A stretch of 64,000 nt of DNA, taken from NCBI GenBank assembly GCA_030625085.1, contig DAOURK010000008.1, positions 2,024 to 66,023 on the forward strand, read 5' to 3'. The notes under the pieces are model-generated. The model saw only the letters and a list, made by a program, of their open reading frames with translations, ran no database searches and was not told the DNA's origin. A program made the translations under genes and the position numbers. The stretch comes from Pseudomonadota bacterium (lineage in GTDB: Bacteria; SZUA-182; DTGQ01). Of this stretch, positions 38,157 to 47,831 are shown in pieces (the stretch's first letter is position 1; every line of letters starts with the position of its first letter).

Positions 38157-39314
38157 ATGAGATATGCAAAGGCTTTAATGATACTTTTTTTAGCTGTCAC
38201 CTTAGTCGGCACAATTGTTTTTACTTCAAATGATGCCATGGCCAAAGTCGGTGACAATGTAGAGGCGGTATGCAGCGTCTGCCACACCATGCACCATAGT
38301 CAGGATGGAACTGATCCGACTAATCCCAATGATGAGACCCAGTCCGTGGGGCCGAATAATGCGCTTCTTTATGGTGACAGTAGCGGCAATAATGCCACCT
38401 GCGTTGCCTGTCATACTGGTTCCGGAGGCACTCACGCTACTTTAGGTTACGATGAGGAAACCGGTGCGCCTATAGTCGACCTTGCTGCGGATAAGCAATT
38501 GGCCGGTGGGACGTATGTAGCCGGTACTGATAAAACACGACATAATGCTCTAGGAATTACTGGTGCAGATGCCACCATACCAAATGATGGCGTAAGCGGA
38601 GGCGATATACCGCCCGGAGGCGCCAACAGCGATATTGGCGATGCCTTGCAGATTACCTGTGCCGGAACAACCGGATGTCACGGCGACAGAGCCGAAAGTG
38701 ATAATGTTAAGTCCGTGCACGGCGCCCATCATCTTGATGATAGGACAATAGATGGAACCAAGATAGGGAAAAGTTATCGCTTTTTAGGCATTGATGTTTC
38801 AGGCAGTTCGTTTTCCTCCGGCGACGGTGTGGATGGGTTGGAGCATGATCACTGGGAATCGGGCCAAGAGAATAGTTTATTTGCCAACAATACCCTTAAT
38901 GCTGATGATCATAATGTTTATGATGCTGAAGGTATTAATAGGGTCTGTGCGAGCTGTCACGGCGATTTTCATGGAACTGATCAGGGTACAAGCGAGCCTT
39001 GGATAAGACATCCCACTGATATTACCTTAGAAAGTGCTGCTGATGAAGGTCCCTCAGCCGAATATGATGAGTATCCTAATACAGCGGGAGGTGAGCTTTA
39101 TTCCACTGAAGCCCCAGTTGGTTTTACAGTTGCCCAGGCTGATGGTGAAGCTAACGTTGATGCAAATGACGGGCAGGTGCTTTGTATTTCTTGCCATCGA
39201 GCCCATGGATCAGAATGGGATGATATTTTGCGCTGGAATTACGATGCTATGCTGGCTACAGGAGGGGAAGGCTCTGTAAATACCGGTTGTAATCGCTGTC
39301 ACACCACAAAGTAA
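38157..39314 (+). CDS. OmcS-like hexaheme cytochrome c (one CX5CH), candidate major filament subunit
   Basis: CSVCHTMHHSQ, LAGG..RHN..PPGG, CAGTTGCH, CASCHGDFH, WIRHP, VLCISCHRAHGS, terminal CNRCH; AGGAGG RBS; own terminator. Confidence 0.87.
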   Translation: MRYAKALMILFLAVTLVGTIVFTSNDAMAKVGDNVEAVCSVCHTMHHSQDGTDPTNPNDETQSVGPNNALLYGDSSGNNATCVACHTGSGGTHATLGYDEETGAPIVDLAADKQLAGGTYVAGTDKTRHNALGITGADATIPNDGVSGGDIPPGGANSDIGDALQITCAGTTGCHGDRAESDNVKSVHGAHHLDDRTIDGTKIGKSYRFLGIDVSGSSFSSGDGVDGLEHDHWESGQENSLFANNTLNADDHNVYDAEGINRVCASCHGDFHGTDQGTSEPWIRHPTDITLESAADEGPSAEYDEYPNTAGGELYSTEAPVGFTVAQADGEANVDANDGQVLCISCHRAHGSEWDDILRWNYDAMLATGGEGSVNTGCNRCHTTK

Positions 39315-39354
39315 GGATTATTGGCGATTATTTGTTTTTGAACGTTCTATTTTT

Positions 39355-39395
39355 AAAAAAAAAGCAGGATGGGAGGCCCATCCTGCTTTTTTTTT
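39355..39395. terminator. Bidirectional Rho-independent terminator
   Basis: A9-GCAGGATGGG-AGG-CCCATCCTGC-T9 between convergent genes. Confidence 0.9.
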
Positions 39396-39515
39396 ATTCA
39401 AATTAAAGCCGCACCTATTAATTAATGGACAAGCGAGATTTCAGTCTTCCCGAATCGGATTCGACCGGCTTTTTCTTCCAGTCCTGTTTCGATTGATAGT
39501 AAATCAAGTTGTTAA

Positions 39516-40052
39516 TTATTTTCCGGGTGCTGTCTTCGGTCTTTGTTTTTCAGATTTGTTTTTCATTTTCAGATAAGTCTCTTCAAGATTGTATCGGGAC
39601 GTCTCATTATCCGGATCTAACCGGATAGCCTCATTAAGGGCCAAGATAGCTTCCGGGTAATTGCCCATTTCGCCATAGGCCGCGCCCAGATTGCAGTATG
39701 CCTTGGCATATTTAGGATTATATCGAATAGCTTGCTTATAGGACCGAATCCCTTCAGGATAGTTCCCCATTTTACAAAAGAGCACGCCTAAATTATAATG
39801 GGCATGGGGCAATCGAGGGTTAATACGAAGGGCCTCTTTATATGCCTCAAACTCTTCCTTCATACGGCCAAGATTGCCGTAACCTTTCCCGAGATTAGAA
39901 TGACCTCTTGCCTTGTTGGGAGTTTTCTTGACCACATCAGACCATAGCGACAAATCATCCTTCCAGACAGTATTCCTCACATAAGTGGCCGTGCTGAACA
40001 GTAACACCAAACAGCTCATTAGTATTAATTCGCAATATTGATTTGGTTTCAA
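39516..40052 (-). CDS. Single-TM TPR protein (detached TMTC-tail type)
   Basis: TM helix, TYVRNTVWKDDLSLWSD..K.P.KAR motif, about 3 TPRs. Confidence 0.85.
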   Translation of the reverse strand: MKPNQYCELILMSCLVLLFSTATYVRNTVWKDDLSLWSDVVKKTPNKARGHSNLGKGYGNLGRMKEEFEAYKEALRINPRLPHAHYNLGVLFCKMGNYPEGIRSYKQAIRYNPKYAKAYCNLGAAYGEMGNYPEAILALNEAIRLDPDNETSRYNLEETYLKMKNKSEKQRPKTAPGK

Positions 40053-40056
40053 ATGA

Positions 40057-40557
40057 TTAGGGGCCTTTCATCTTAAGATACGCCTGTTCAAGATTGGATT
40101 TGGCCGTTGCATCTTCCGGGTTTAAGCGAATTGCTTTCTTAAGGGCTTTGATGGCTTCCGGGTAATTGCCCGTTGCCCCGTAAGCCGCACCCAGATTACA
40201 ATATGCCTTAGCATAATCAGGTTTAAATCTGATAGCCTGTTTATAGGAGCGAATCTCTTCAGCATAATTCCTCATTGCACCAAAGAGCACGCCCAAATTA
40301 TAATGGGCCATGGAAAATCGCGGGTTAATACGAATGGCCTCTTTATAAGACGCAAACTCTTCCTTCATTCGCCCACGCGCCCCATACGCCTTGCCAAGAT
40401 TATAATGCCCTCTGACTTTGTTGGGGGCTTTCTTGACCACATCCTTCCATAGAGACAATTCATTTTTCCAGACAGTATTCCTCACATACGTGGCCGTATT
40501 GAATATAAATAGCAAACATATCATAATTACAAATTCAATATATTGCTTTGGGTTCAT
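40057..40557 (-). CDS. Single-TM TPR protein, tandem duplicate of 39516-40052
   Basis: Same motif; long identical peptides such as YAKAYCNLGAAYG. Confidence 0.85.
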   Translation of the reverse strand: MNPKQYIEFVIMICLLFIFNTATYVRNTVWKNELSLWKDVVKKAPNKVRGHYNLGKAYGARGRMKEEFASYKEAIRINPRFSMAHYNLGVLFGAMRNYAEEIRSYKQAIRFKPDYAKAYCNLGAAYGATGNYPEAIKALKKAIRLNPEDATAKSNLEQAYLKMKGP

Positions 40558-40857
40558 AGGCGAAGAAAATCCATATAATAAAGGTAATGGCTTAATTCAT
40601 ACTTTAACCACAATAATTTAAAATATCCTTAAGACTATAGAAGACAGGATATTTCTGTTAATTCACTTTTCTTAAAAGTAGATAATATACATATTTTCAT
40701 AAGCGTACATTATAATTAAAAAATGTCAACCTATGCATAATCATTTAGTCCTTTGACTTTTTCTTTCCATTCAGATACACTGGCCTAAATATTCTTTAAT
40801 TATTCTATATATTTATCAGTTAAAAAAGGGATAGCGATAATAAAATGCCATATACTT

Positions 40858-41778
40858 ATGAAAAAGAATGAAAGAAACTATATAGAATTTTTGACTGTCG
40901 CTATTTTATTAATTCTTTTTTGTATAACCACCTACCGGCGCAATTTCGTATGGAAAAATGAGCTGACACTATGGCAGGATGTGGTTAATAAATCTCATAA
41001 CAAAGCGAGGGCCCACAATAACCTGGCCATGGCCCTAAACTCTGTAAGGTTGCTTGATCGGGCCATTATTGAAGCAAAAAAAGCCTTGAGCCTCAATCCT
41101 GCCTTCAAAAAACCATATATTATCCTTGGAAATGCATGTGTACAGAAGGGCCTCATTGATAAGGCCATCAATCATTTCAAGGACGCCGTAAGGATTGATC
41201 CTGGATATGCCGAAGCCCACGTCAACTTGGGTAATACATATCGTATAAAAGGATCGATTGACCTTGCCATACGCGAATATAAAAAGGCTATAACGCTCAA
41301 GGCCGGCTATGTACGGGGCCACCGTTGTTTGGCTACGGCATATTCTTTTAAGGGAATGGCTGATGAGGCCATTGATGAATATAAAAAATTGTTGGAATTG
41401 GAGTCTGATAATTACAGAACTTACAATAGTCTTGGGCTGAATTATGTTAAAAAGGGGTTGTACGATGAAGCAATTATAGAATTCAAGAAGAGTATATTTT
41501 TGAAATCGGATCAGATAGCACCACGCGTCAATCTTGCCTCTGCCTATGGTTCTTTGGGATTGACTAACGAAGCCATAGCCGTGCTCAAAAAGTGCCTTCA
41601 GTTAGACCCCAATAATGTAGATATTCATTATAATTTGGCTCTGTCCTATACTGATAAAAGAGAATATGATGAGGCCATTAGGGAATTTGAAAAGGTTTTA
41701 AGACTGAAACCCGGTGACACCCAAGCCCGCAAAAGACTCCAGCGTCTCAAGGATAGATCTGACGAGGCTTTGAATTGA
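40858..41778 (+). CDS. Single-TM TPR protein (detached TMTC-tail type)
   Basis: TYRRNFVWKNELTLWQD motif, about 7 TPRs. Confidence 0.87.
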   Translation: MKKNERNYIEFLTVAILLILFCITTYRRNFVWKNELTLWQDVVNKSHNKARAHNNLAMALNSVRLLDRAIIEAKKALSLNPAFKKPYIILGNACVQKGLIDKAINHFKDAVRIDPGYAEAHVNLGNTYRIKGSIDLAIREYKKAITLKAGYVRGHRCLATAYSFKGMADEAIDEYKKLLELESDNYRTYNSLGLNYVKKGLYDEAIIEFKKSIFLKSDQIAPRVNLASAYGSLGLTNEAIAVLKKCLQLDPNNVDIHYNLALSYTDKREYDEAIREFEKVLRLKPGDTQARKRLQRLKDRSDEALN

Positions 41779-41832
41779 TTAATATTTTAATAAATATAAT
41801 TTTGCAGTATGATTTCAAATTGTATTTGAGCT

Positions 41833-42609
41833 TCAATGCCCATTGTATTGCTTTGGATTTTGATTATTAACCGCTCTTTCAATCATCTTAATAAAGGTAT
41901 TGATCTTTTGTGCCAAGGGATGGTTTGGTTTCACCTTTTGCCCCTTTTTAAAATATAACAGGGCCTTATCATAATCTCTTTTATGTTCCAAATAGGTCTT
42001 GCCAAGATGATAATAAACGAAAATATCTTCCGGGGCAAGCTCTATGGCTGTTTTATATTCTTGAATACTCTCATCAATCAATCCTATCTGACCGTAAAGC
42101 GTGCCCATATTAAAATGCACATCCGGCTCATTAAATTTTTGCTCACAGGCTTTTTTGTATTCGGTGAGCGCTTCTTTAAGCTTCCCCTGCTTATGGTAGA
42201 TAAGGCCAATATTATAATGGACTTCATTATTTTCAGGATTTAGGCCAAGGGCTGTTTTATATAAAGCCAGGGCCTCATCAAATTTGCCCAGATTGTAATA
42301 ATCAACGCCAAGATTTAAGTAACCCTTGGCATAATCAGGGGCCAGGGTGATTACTCTTTTATGTTCTTCTATGGCCTTTCGGGTTAAACCGGCCCTGTCA
42401 TAAGCATTGCCTAGATTCACATGCGGTCGCGGCTTTAGCGGAGATTTAAGAGCAATATCTCCCCATAAAGTCAGTTCATTTTTCCATAGTATGTTTCTCT
42501 GGTATGTTAAGGTGGAAAAGATACTTATTAGAGCAATAAAAGGAATTAACTCACACAATAGTAATAAGTGAGCTTTCATATCCATAATCTTTACTCTGTA
42601 TCTGAACAA
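41833..42609 (-). CDS. Single-TM TPR protein (detached TMTC-tail type)
   Basis: TYQRNILWKNELTLWGD..KSP.KPR motif, about 5 TPRs; start probably at a downstream Met. Confidence 0.85.
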   Translation of the reverse strand: MFRYRVKIMDMKAHLLLLCELIPFIALISIFSTLTYQRNILWKNELTLWGDIALKSPLKPRPHVNLGNAYDRAGLTRKAIEEHKRVITLAPDYAKGYLNLGVDYYNLGKFDEALALYKTALGLNPENNEVHYNIGLIYHKQGKLKEALTEYKKACEQKFNEPDVHFNMGTLYGQIGLIDESIQEYKTAIELAPEDIFVYYHLGKTYLEHKRDYDKALLYFKKGQKVKPNHPLAQKINTFIKMIERAVNNQNPKQYNGH

Positions 42610-42695
42610 TTAAAGGCCGTCCTTAAAATAGTTGTTATACACTAAATCAAGAAATACCCTTTTGCAGTAAGGGCTCGTATAGCTAATTCACAGCC

Positions 42696-42733
42696 ATTTA
42701 CCAAAAATGCCAAAATTGGCATTTTTGGTAAAT
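42696..42733. repeat. Perfect 18-bp inverted repeat
   Basis: ATTTACCAAAAATGCCAA-AA-TTGGCATTTTTGGTAAAT. Confidence 0.85.
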
Positions 42734-43133
42734 AGCGATTTGTTGAGCAGATTTACCGTGCTCCGGATTGCTGAGAAGCGCTGTTAGCCGCAGGCCGATA
42801 ACAAAGCCAATATATAATATCTTACTCGATTTTGATATAGATTTAAAATAAATTATTCATTGCTCGTTTTATTTCAGATTTTCCTTAAATTGAATAACAA
42901 ACAGATAAACAACTTTGATAAGGCGGCGATTGGCTATTATCAGCATAATTTTTTCATGCTTGATATTGCTTGACATCAGGGATGGAATAATTAAAAATAT
43001 TACCAAAAGGCAAGATGAATCTCAAAATGGTAATAGAAAATAATCAGCAATTTGAAAACAAGGTAAAGCAAAAAAAGCAGCCCCGGTGTATTCTGAGCAA
43101 TTACTTTTTATCGTATATAGGCTGTAAGTAAAA

Positions 43134-45056
43134 ATGTATCAAATGAAAAAATATGTTTTTTTTAATTATCTTCTTGGCCTATCCTTTGCTTTGATAGAGA
43201 TATCATGGCAATTGTACGTTGGGGTAATAGACGAAAATGCTGTATGGTTTCAGAGCACAGCTTCAAGCTTAAAATTTTTTATCATTTCTCTTATTATATA
43301 TTCATTCTTTATCATTATTATTGCATATATTTCGATTTTTATTACCGCTCTAATAAAAAAATCTTTTCTTAGAAAAATTTCTCCAACTCCCTTCAGTATG
43401 GCTTTAACGACCGGTATCCTCTTGTCCTTATTTTTAGGGACAGATGTGTGCTACTCAAAACTTTCCGTCCATAATTCCCTTTCACAACTTATCGGTTATG
43501 GATTTTTGATCTTCTTTGCATCTTTATTTGTTTTCATACTTGGCGCATATTTGATATTTACACTTATCTTTAAATTATCAAGACAAAAGCTTAATATTAT
43601 CTTAATTTTATGTTTTTCAATTATATTTGTTATTATTTTAACACTTTGCTTTACTACCCAGGAACAAACATTAATTACCAATAAAGATAAAAATAATATC
43701 GTCTTTATCTCGATAGATACCTTAAGACAAGATCGTTTGGGCTGCTATGGCTATAAAAAGCCTACCTCCCCTAATATTGATGCGATAGCTAATGAGGGAA
43801 TTGTTTTTTCTAATTCTTTTGCTCAGTATCATGCAACACTTCCTTCCTATATGAGCATGATGACTTCACTGATACCGCTGGTTCACGACGTTATTGATTC
43901 CAGCGCGGTACTTGACAAAAATCGTATTACTTTGGCGAGCTTATTAAAAAGCAATGGATACACTTGTATTGCTTTTGTCGACGGTAAGAGAAAAAGTTAT
44001 ATCGGTGGTTTCCACGGTTTCTCCAGAGGCTTTGATTGGTATGGACATTATCCTGAAAATACCACGCTTTTCAGCAAAATACTCCCCATAAGATTCATTT
44101 TAGGCTTTAAAGTCATATTGAACAAATATTTTCCTGAACACGGCAATGGTATCACTAAAAGTGTTATTTCTTGGATAAGAAAAAACAAAAAATATCCTTT
44201 TTTTCTTTTCATTCATTACTATAGTGTGCATTCACAACCTAGCGGGCTTCCTTATTGGCGCTATCCTCCTTTTGATAAAAAGTTGGTCGACTCCCCTGTC
44301 ATTCCAGAACATTTTGCTGTCGATGGTGCAACCGGCTCACGATTTTTGTCAAAAATACTCCATACCCCGAGGGGGAAAAAATTTATAGCAGAAGATTTGC
44401 CAGTCTTAAGCCAGTTATATGATTGTGGCATTGCATATGTTGGTGCTCAAATCGGAAAGTTATACAAGGAACTAAAAAATATGAACTTGTTAAACACCAC
44501 AGCAATAATCATTAATTCCGATCATGGTGAAGAATTTCTGGAACATGATAAGCTAATGCATACACAAGATTATTCTGAGTGCTTAAAAGTGCCTTTAATA
44601 ATATCGGCACCTCTCCACCGTAGCCATCAGAGGACAATTTGTTCAAATGTTCAGGGCATCGATCTTGCACCTACAATTTTAGATATAGCAGGGATTAATG
44701 CCCCTGCCAAAATGATGGGCACTTCCTTAATGAAAAAAATACGTGGTGAAAAAATGCCCGAAGCTGTTATTATATCCACTTGCGGCCATGCAATGCATTA
44801 CAAAAATTATGCACTTCTGATAAAGGAGAAAGATATTGAATTATATGACCTGAACAATGATCCTAAACAAAAAAATGATCTAAGCAAGTCGCATGAAACA
44901 TTATTCTATGATTTGATGACAATCTATAATAAAACAATTGAAGAACATCTGGCCATCAAGTCTAAATTGACCTGCCAGGAGGAAAAAGAAAAGATTAAAT
45001 TATCCCCACGAGATATTGAGCGTTTGAAATCATTGGGATACATTAATGATGGGTAA
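43134..45056 (+). CDS. Membrane-anchored sulfatase-like (alkaline phosphatase superfamily) hydrolase/transferase
   Basis: About 5 N-terminal TMs; ISIDTLRQDRLGCYGY, TLPS.MS, SDHGEEF, IDLAPTIL, ERLKSLGYI. Confidence 0.87.
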   Translation: MYQMKKYVFFNYLLGLSFALIEISWQLYVGVIDENAVWFQSTASSLKFFIISLIIYSFFIIIIAYISIFITALIKKSFLRKISPTPFSMALTTGILLSLFLGTDVCYSKLSVHNSLSQLIGYGFLIFFASLFVFILGAYLIFTLIFKLSRQKLNIILILCFSIIFVIILTLCFTTQEQTLITNKDKNNIVFISIDTLRQDRLGCYGYKKPTSPNIDAIANEGIVFSNSFAQYHATLPSYMSMMTSLIPLVHDVIDSSAVLDKNRITLASLLKSNGYTCIAFVDGKRKSYIGGFHGFSRGFDWYGHYPENTTLFSKILPIRFILGFKVILNKYFPEHGNGITKSVISWIRKNKKYPFFLFIHYYSVHSQPSGLPYWRYPPFDKKLVDSPVIPEHFAVDGATGSRFLSKILHTPRGKKFIAEDLPVLSQLYDCGIAYVGAQIGKLYKELKNMNLLNTTAIIINSDHGEEFLEHDKLMHTQDYSECLKVPLIISAPLHRSHQRTICSNVQGIDLAPTILDIAGINAPAKMMGTSLMKKIRGEKMPEAVIISTCGHAMHYKNYALLIKEKDIELYDLNNDPKQKNDLSKSHETLFYDLMTIYNKTIEEHLAIKSKLTCQEEKEKIKLSPRDIERLKSLGYINDG

Positions 45057-45227
45057 CACTGGCAGAGAATATGGCCGTTTTTTTATTTTACCTTCCACCT
45101 TTCAGTTTAATCCCTGTAATTGTCATAAAATGATGGTAGGCAAGTGAGTTCAACGAGATTATGGAAATAGTAAAAATAATATTAGTATCAGTTGTAAAGG
45201 ATAAACATTAAAACAATGAAGGAATAA

Positions 45228-46631
45228 ATGGACATCTTACTAATAAATCCGCCCCCTAGATGCATAACCCATGAAAATGTCGTTATGCCTCCCCTCGGAT
45301 TGGCTTATCTGGCTGCTGCATTAGAAAAAGAAAAATATCGGGTCGAGATTTTAGACGCCTTTGCTTTACAATTAAGTTGGCATGATTTCGAAGCGAAAAT
45401 TACCAAAAAAAAGCCGGAGATAGTCGGCATTGGAGGTATGTCGCCGGTTATTGATAATACCTTTCGATCTATAGCAATCTGCAGAAAATATACTAAGCAT
45501 ATTGTTATGGGGGGGCCTCATGTATCCGCATATAAGCAACAAATTTTTACCCAGTGCCCACATATTGATTATGGCATTATTGGAGAAGGGGAAAGAAGTT
45601 TTGTAAATCTGGTAGCAGAATTAGACCAAAATAAGTCCTCCGGTCAATGTAAGGGGGTCATTACCAGAGATATGCTCAGTGATCCGGAGGACCTAATCCA
45701 AAATATTGACAGTATCCCCTTTCCTGCCAGACACTTGCTACCTAACCACCACTATAAATATGCCCTCTCCCCCGGTGAAACCATCACTACAATGTTTACC
45801 TCCAGGGGGTGCCCATATAATTGCATCTTTTGTGACAAATCCATTTTTGGGTCAAAATGGAGGGCAAGAAGCCCTGAGAATATAATAAACGAGCTAAAAG
45901 AGATTATAGCCAACCTGGGGGTAAAAACAATCATTTTTTACGATGATCTCTTTACTGTAAATAAGGAAAGGGCAATCAATATATGCCGGGGAATTATTGA
46001 TGCTGGTCTAAAGATAACCTGGAAATGTGAAGGCAGGGTAAATCTGGTTGATGAGGAATTGTTAGCCTGGATGAAAAAGGCCGGCTGTAAAATAATTGCC
46101 TATGGAGTGGAAAGCGGCAATCAAAAGGGGCTGGATTATCTTAATAAAAACACCACTCCGGAACAGATAAAAAGAGCTTTCAAATTAACTCATCAAGCCG
46201 GGATAAAAACCATGGCCTATTTTATTCTCGGCATTCCGGTTGAGACATATGATGATACCTTGCACACGATAAACTTTGCCACTAAAATCAATCCAACCTA
46301 CGCCCAATTTAGCGCCCTTTCACCCTATTACGGCACCAAACTTTACCAAGAAGCTAAGGCAAAGGGGTGGTATAAGGAGATAGATGCCCAAAATCCTCTT
46401 GATAAAGACCTTAAGCGGCCGGTAGTAATCGCAGAAAATTGGACGGAAGAGAGCTTAAAAAGAATAGTCAAGGAAGCTCATAAAAATTTTTATCTAAGGT
46501 TTAGATACATTGTCGGATCAATAGTAAGGTTAAAAAATTTTAAACAGTTGGTTAGTTTATTCAAGACCGGATTAGGCATATTTAAGTGGATAGCAACTCC
46601 TAAAAATAAATCTATTAGAAAAATTAAATAA
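45228..46631 (+). CDS. Cobalamin-binding radical SAM protein
   Basis: PPLGLAYLAA B12-binding N-terminus; SRGCPYNCIFC; YGVESG. Confidence 0.92.
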   Translation: MDILLINPPPRCITHENVVMPPLGLAYLAAALEKEKYRVEILDAFALQLSWHDFEAKITKKKPEIVGIGGMSPVIDNTFRSIAICRKYTKHIVMGGPHVSAYKQQIFTQCPHIDYGIIGEGERSFVNLVAELDQNKSSGQCKGVITRDMLSDPEDLIQNIDSIPFPARHLLPNHHYKYALSPGETITTMFTSRGCPYNCIFCDKSIFGSKWRARSPENIINELKEIIANLGVKTIIFYDDLFTVNKERAINICRGIIDAGLKITWKCEGRVNLVDEELLAWMKKAGCKIIAYGVESGNQKGLDYLNKNTTPEQIKRAFKLTHQAGIKTMAYFILGIPVETYDDTLHTINFATKINPTYAQFSALSPYYGTKLYQEAKAKGWYKEIDAQNPLDKDLKRPVVIAENWTEESLKRIVKEAHKNFYLRFRYIVGSIVRLKNFKQLVSLFKTGLGIFKWIATPKNKSIRKIK

Positions 46632-46634
46632 TAC

Positions 46635-47831
46635 ATGTATTCTTATAAGCCTATAAGTATTTGTATGGTTTCGCCACTATACCATACCTCACTCGGAGGT
46701 GTAGGCAGACAAGCATTAGCCTTAACAGAAAAACTAAAATCCCAAGGGATCAGTGTATTTGTCATAGCCAGAAAAATGAAAGGACTTCCCGTTTGTAATT
46801 TTAATACCCATATCCCTGTTTATAAAGCGTGGGCAATTAGACCTGACAAACACAATTTGGAAAAGATGAATTTAATAAATATTATTATATCTTTCTCATT
46901 CTGTTTAAGCATAGCTATTATTCTTTTTAAAAAAAGAAAAGAGTATGACATTGTGCATTTCCATGGCGCAAGCCTACCTCTTATGTCAAACATTCTCCTG
47001 TTAAAGCTTTACAGAAAAAAAATTATAGCGAAAGTAGCTGCTGCTAACCTTGGAACCGAAGCAGGTTCATTAAAGGGGAGATATTCCCTTTTAGGAAAAA
47101 TTTTAATTAGTCTTTTAAAAAAAGTAGACTGTTTTATTGCCATAAGCGAAGAGATTAAAAAAGGCCTATTGATTGATGGATACGATCAAAATAAAATAGT
47201 AAGAATTCCAAATTTTATTGACACAAAAGCATTTTATCCAGTGAATAAAAAATTGAGAAATAATTTTAAAAAAAAACTATTTTTACCTGATAAAAAAATT
47301 ATTACTTTCAGTGGAAGATTGGTAGAAAGAAAAGGGATACATATTCTGTTGCAATCTTTTGCAATGGTAGTAAAAAAACATAAAGATATTTTCCTAATAA
47401 TTCTTGGTGGGGGATATCTAAAAAAAAATTTAAAGGATCAAAGCCAAGCCTTTGGAATAGTCAAAAATATCAAATTTTGTGGATTTGTTACTAACATCTA
47501 TGAATATTTAAATGCAACAGATATATATATATTCCCTTCTTTTCAAGAAGGATTTCCCAATGCTGTCTTGGAAGCCATGGCCTGCGGCCTTCCTGTCATA
47601 GCTACTAAAATCGGAGTAGTAGTAGACATTATTAAAGACGGAGAAAATGGGCTTTTGGTAGAGTCAGGAAATAAAAATGAATTAGCAAATGCATTAAAAA
47701 AATTAATTTCAGAGCCTGAATATGCATTAAGTTTGGGGCAAAATGCCCTTAAAACGATCCGTGAAAATTATAATATTGACATTATTGCAAATAAATATCT
47801 CCACCTCTATGCTAAGATGATGAACCTTTAA
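46635..47831 (+). CDS. Glycosyltransferase family 4
   Basis: GRLVERKG; EGFPNAVLEAMACGLPVIAT. Confidence 0.92.
   Translation: MYSYKPISICMVSPLYHTSLGGVGRQALALTEKLKSQGISVFVIARKMKGLPVCNFNTHIPVYKAWAIRPDKHNLEKMNLINIIISFSFCLSIAIILFKKRKEYDIVHFHGASLPLMSNILLLKLYRKKIIAKVAAANLGTEAGSLKGRYSLLGKILISLLKKVDCFIAISEEIKKGLLIDGYDQNKIVRIPNFIDTKAFYPVNKKLRNNFKKKLFLPDKKIITFSGRLVERKGIHILLQSFAMVVKKHKDIFLIILGGGYLKKNLKDQSQAFGIVKNIKFCGFVTNIYEYLNATDIYIFPSFQEGFPNAVLEAMACGLPVIATKIGVVVDIIKDGENGLLVESGNKNELANALKKLISEPEYALSLGQNALKTIRENYNIDIIANKYLHLYAKMMNL

Noticed and set aside
465..39279. Many antisense or out-of-frame ORFs in the track (e.g. 465-926, 14684-15211, 25335-26132, 26495-27058)
   Set aside because: They overlap well-supported genes and their MAG/MT-rich text is the reverse complement of CxxCH codons; no motifs of their own
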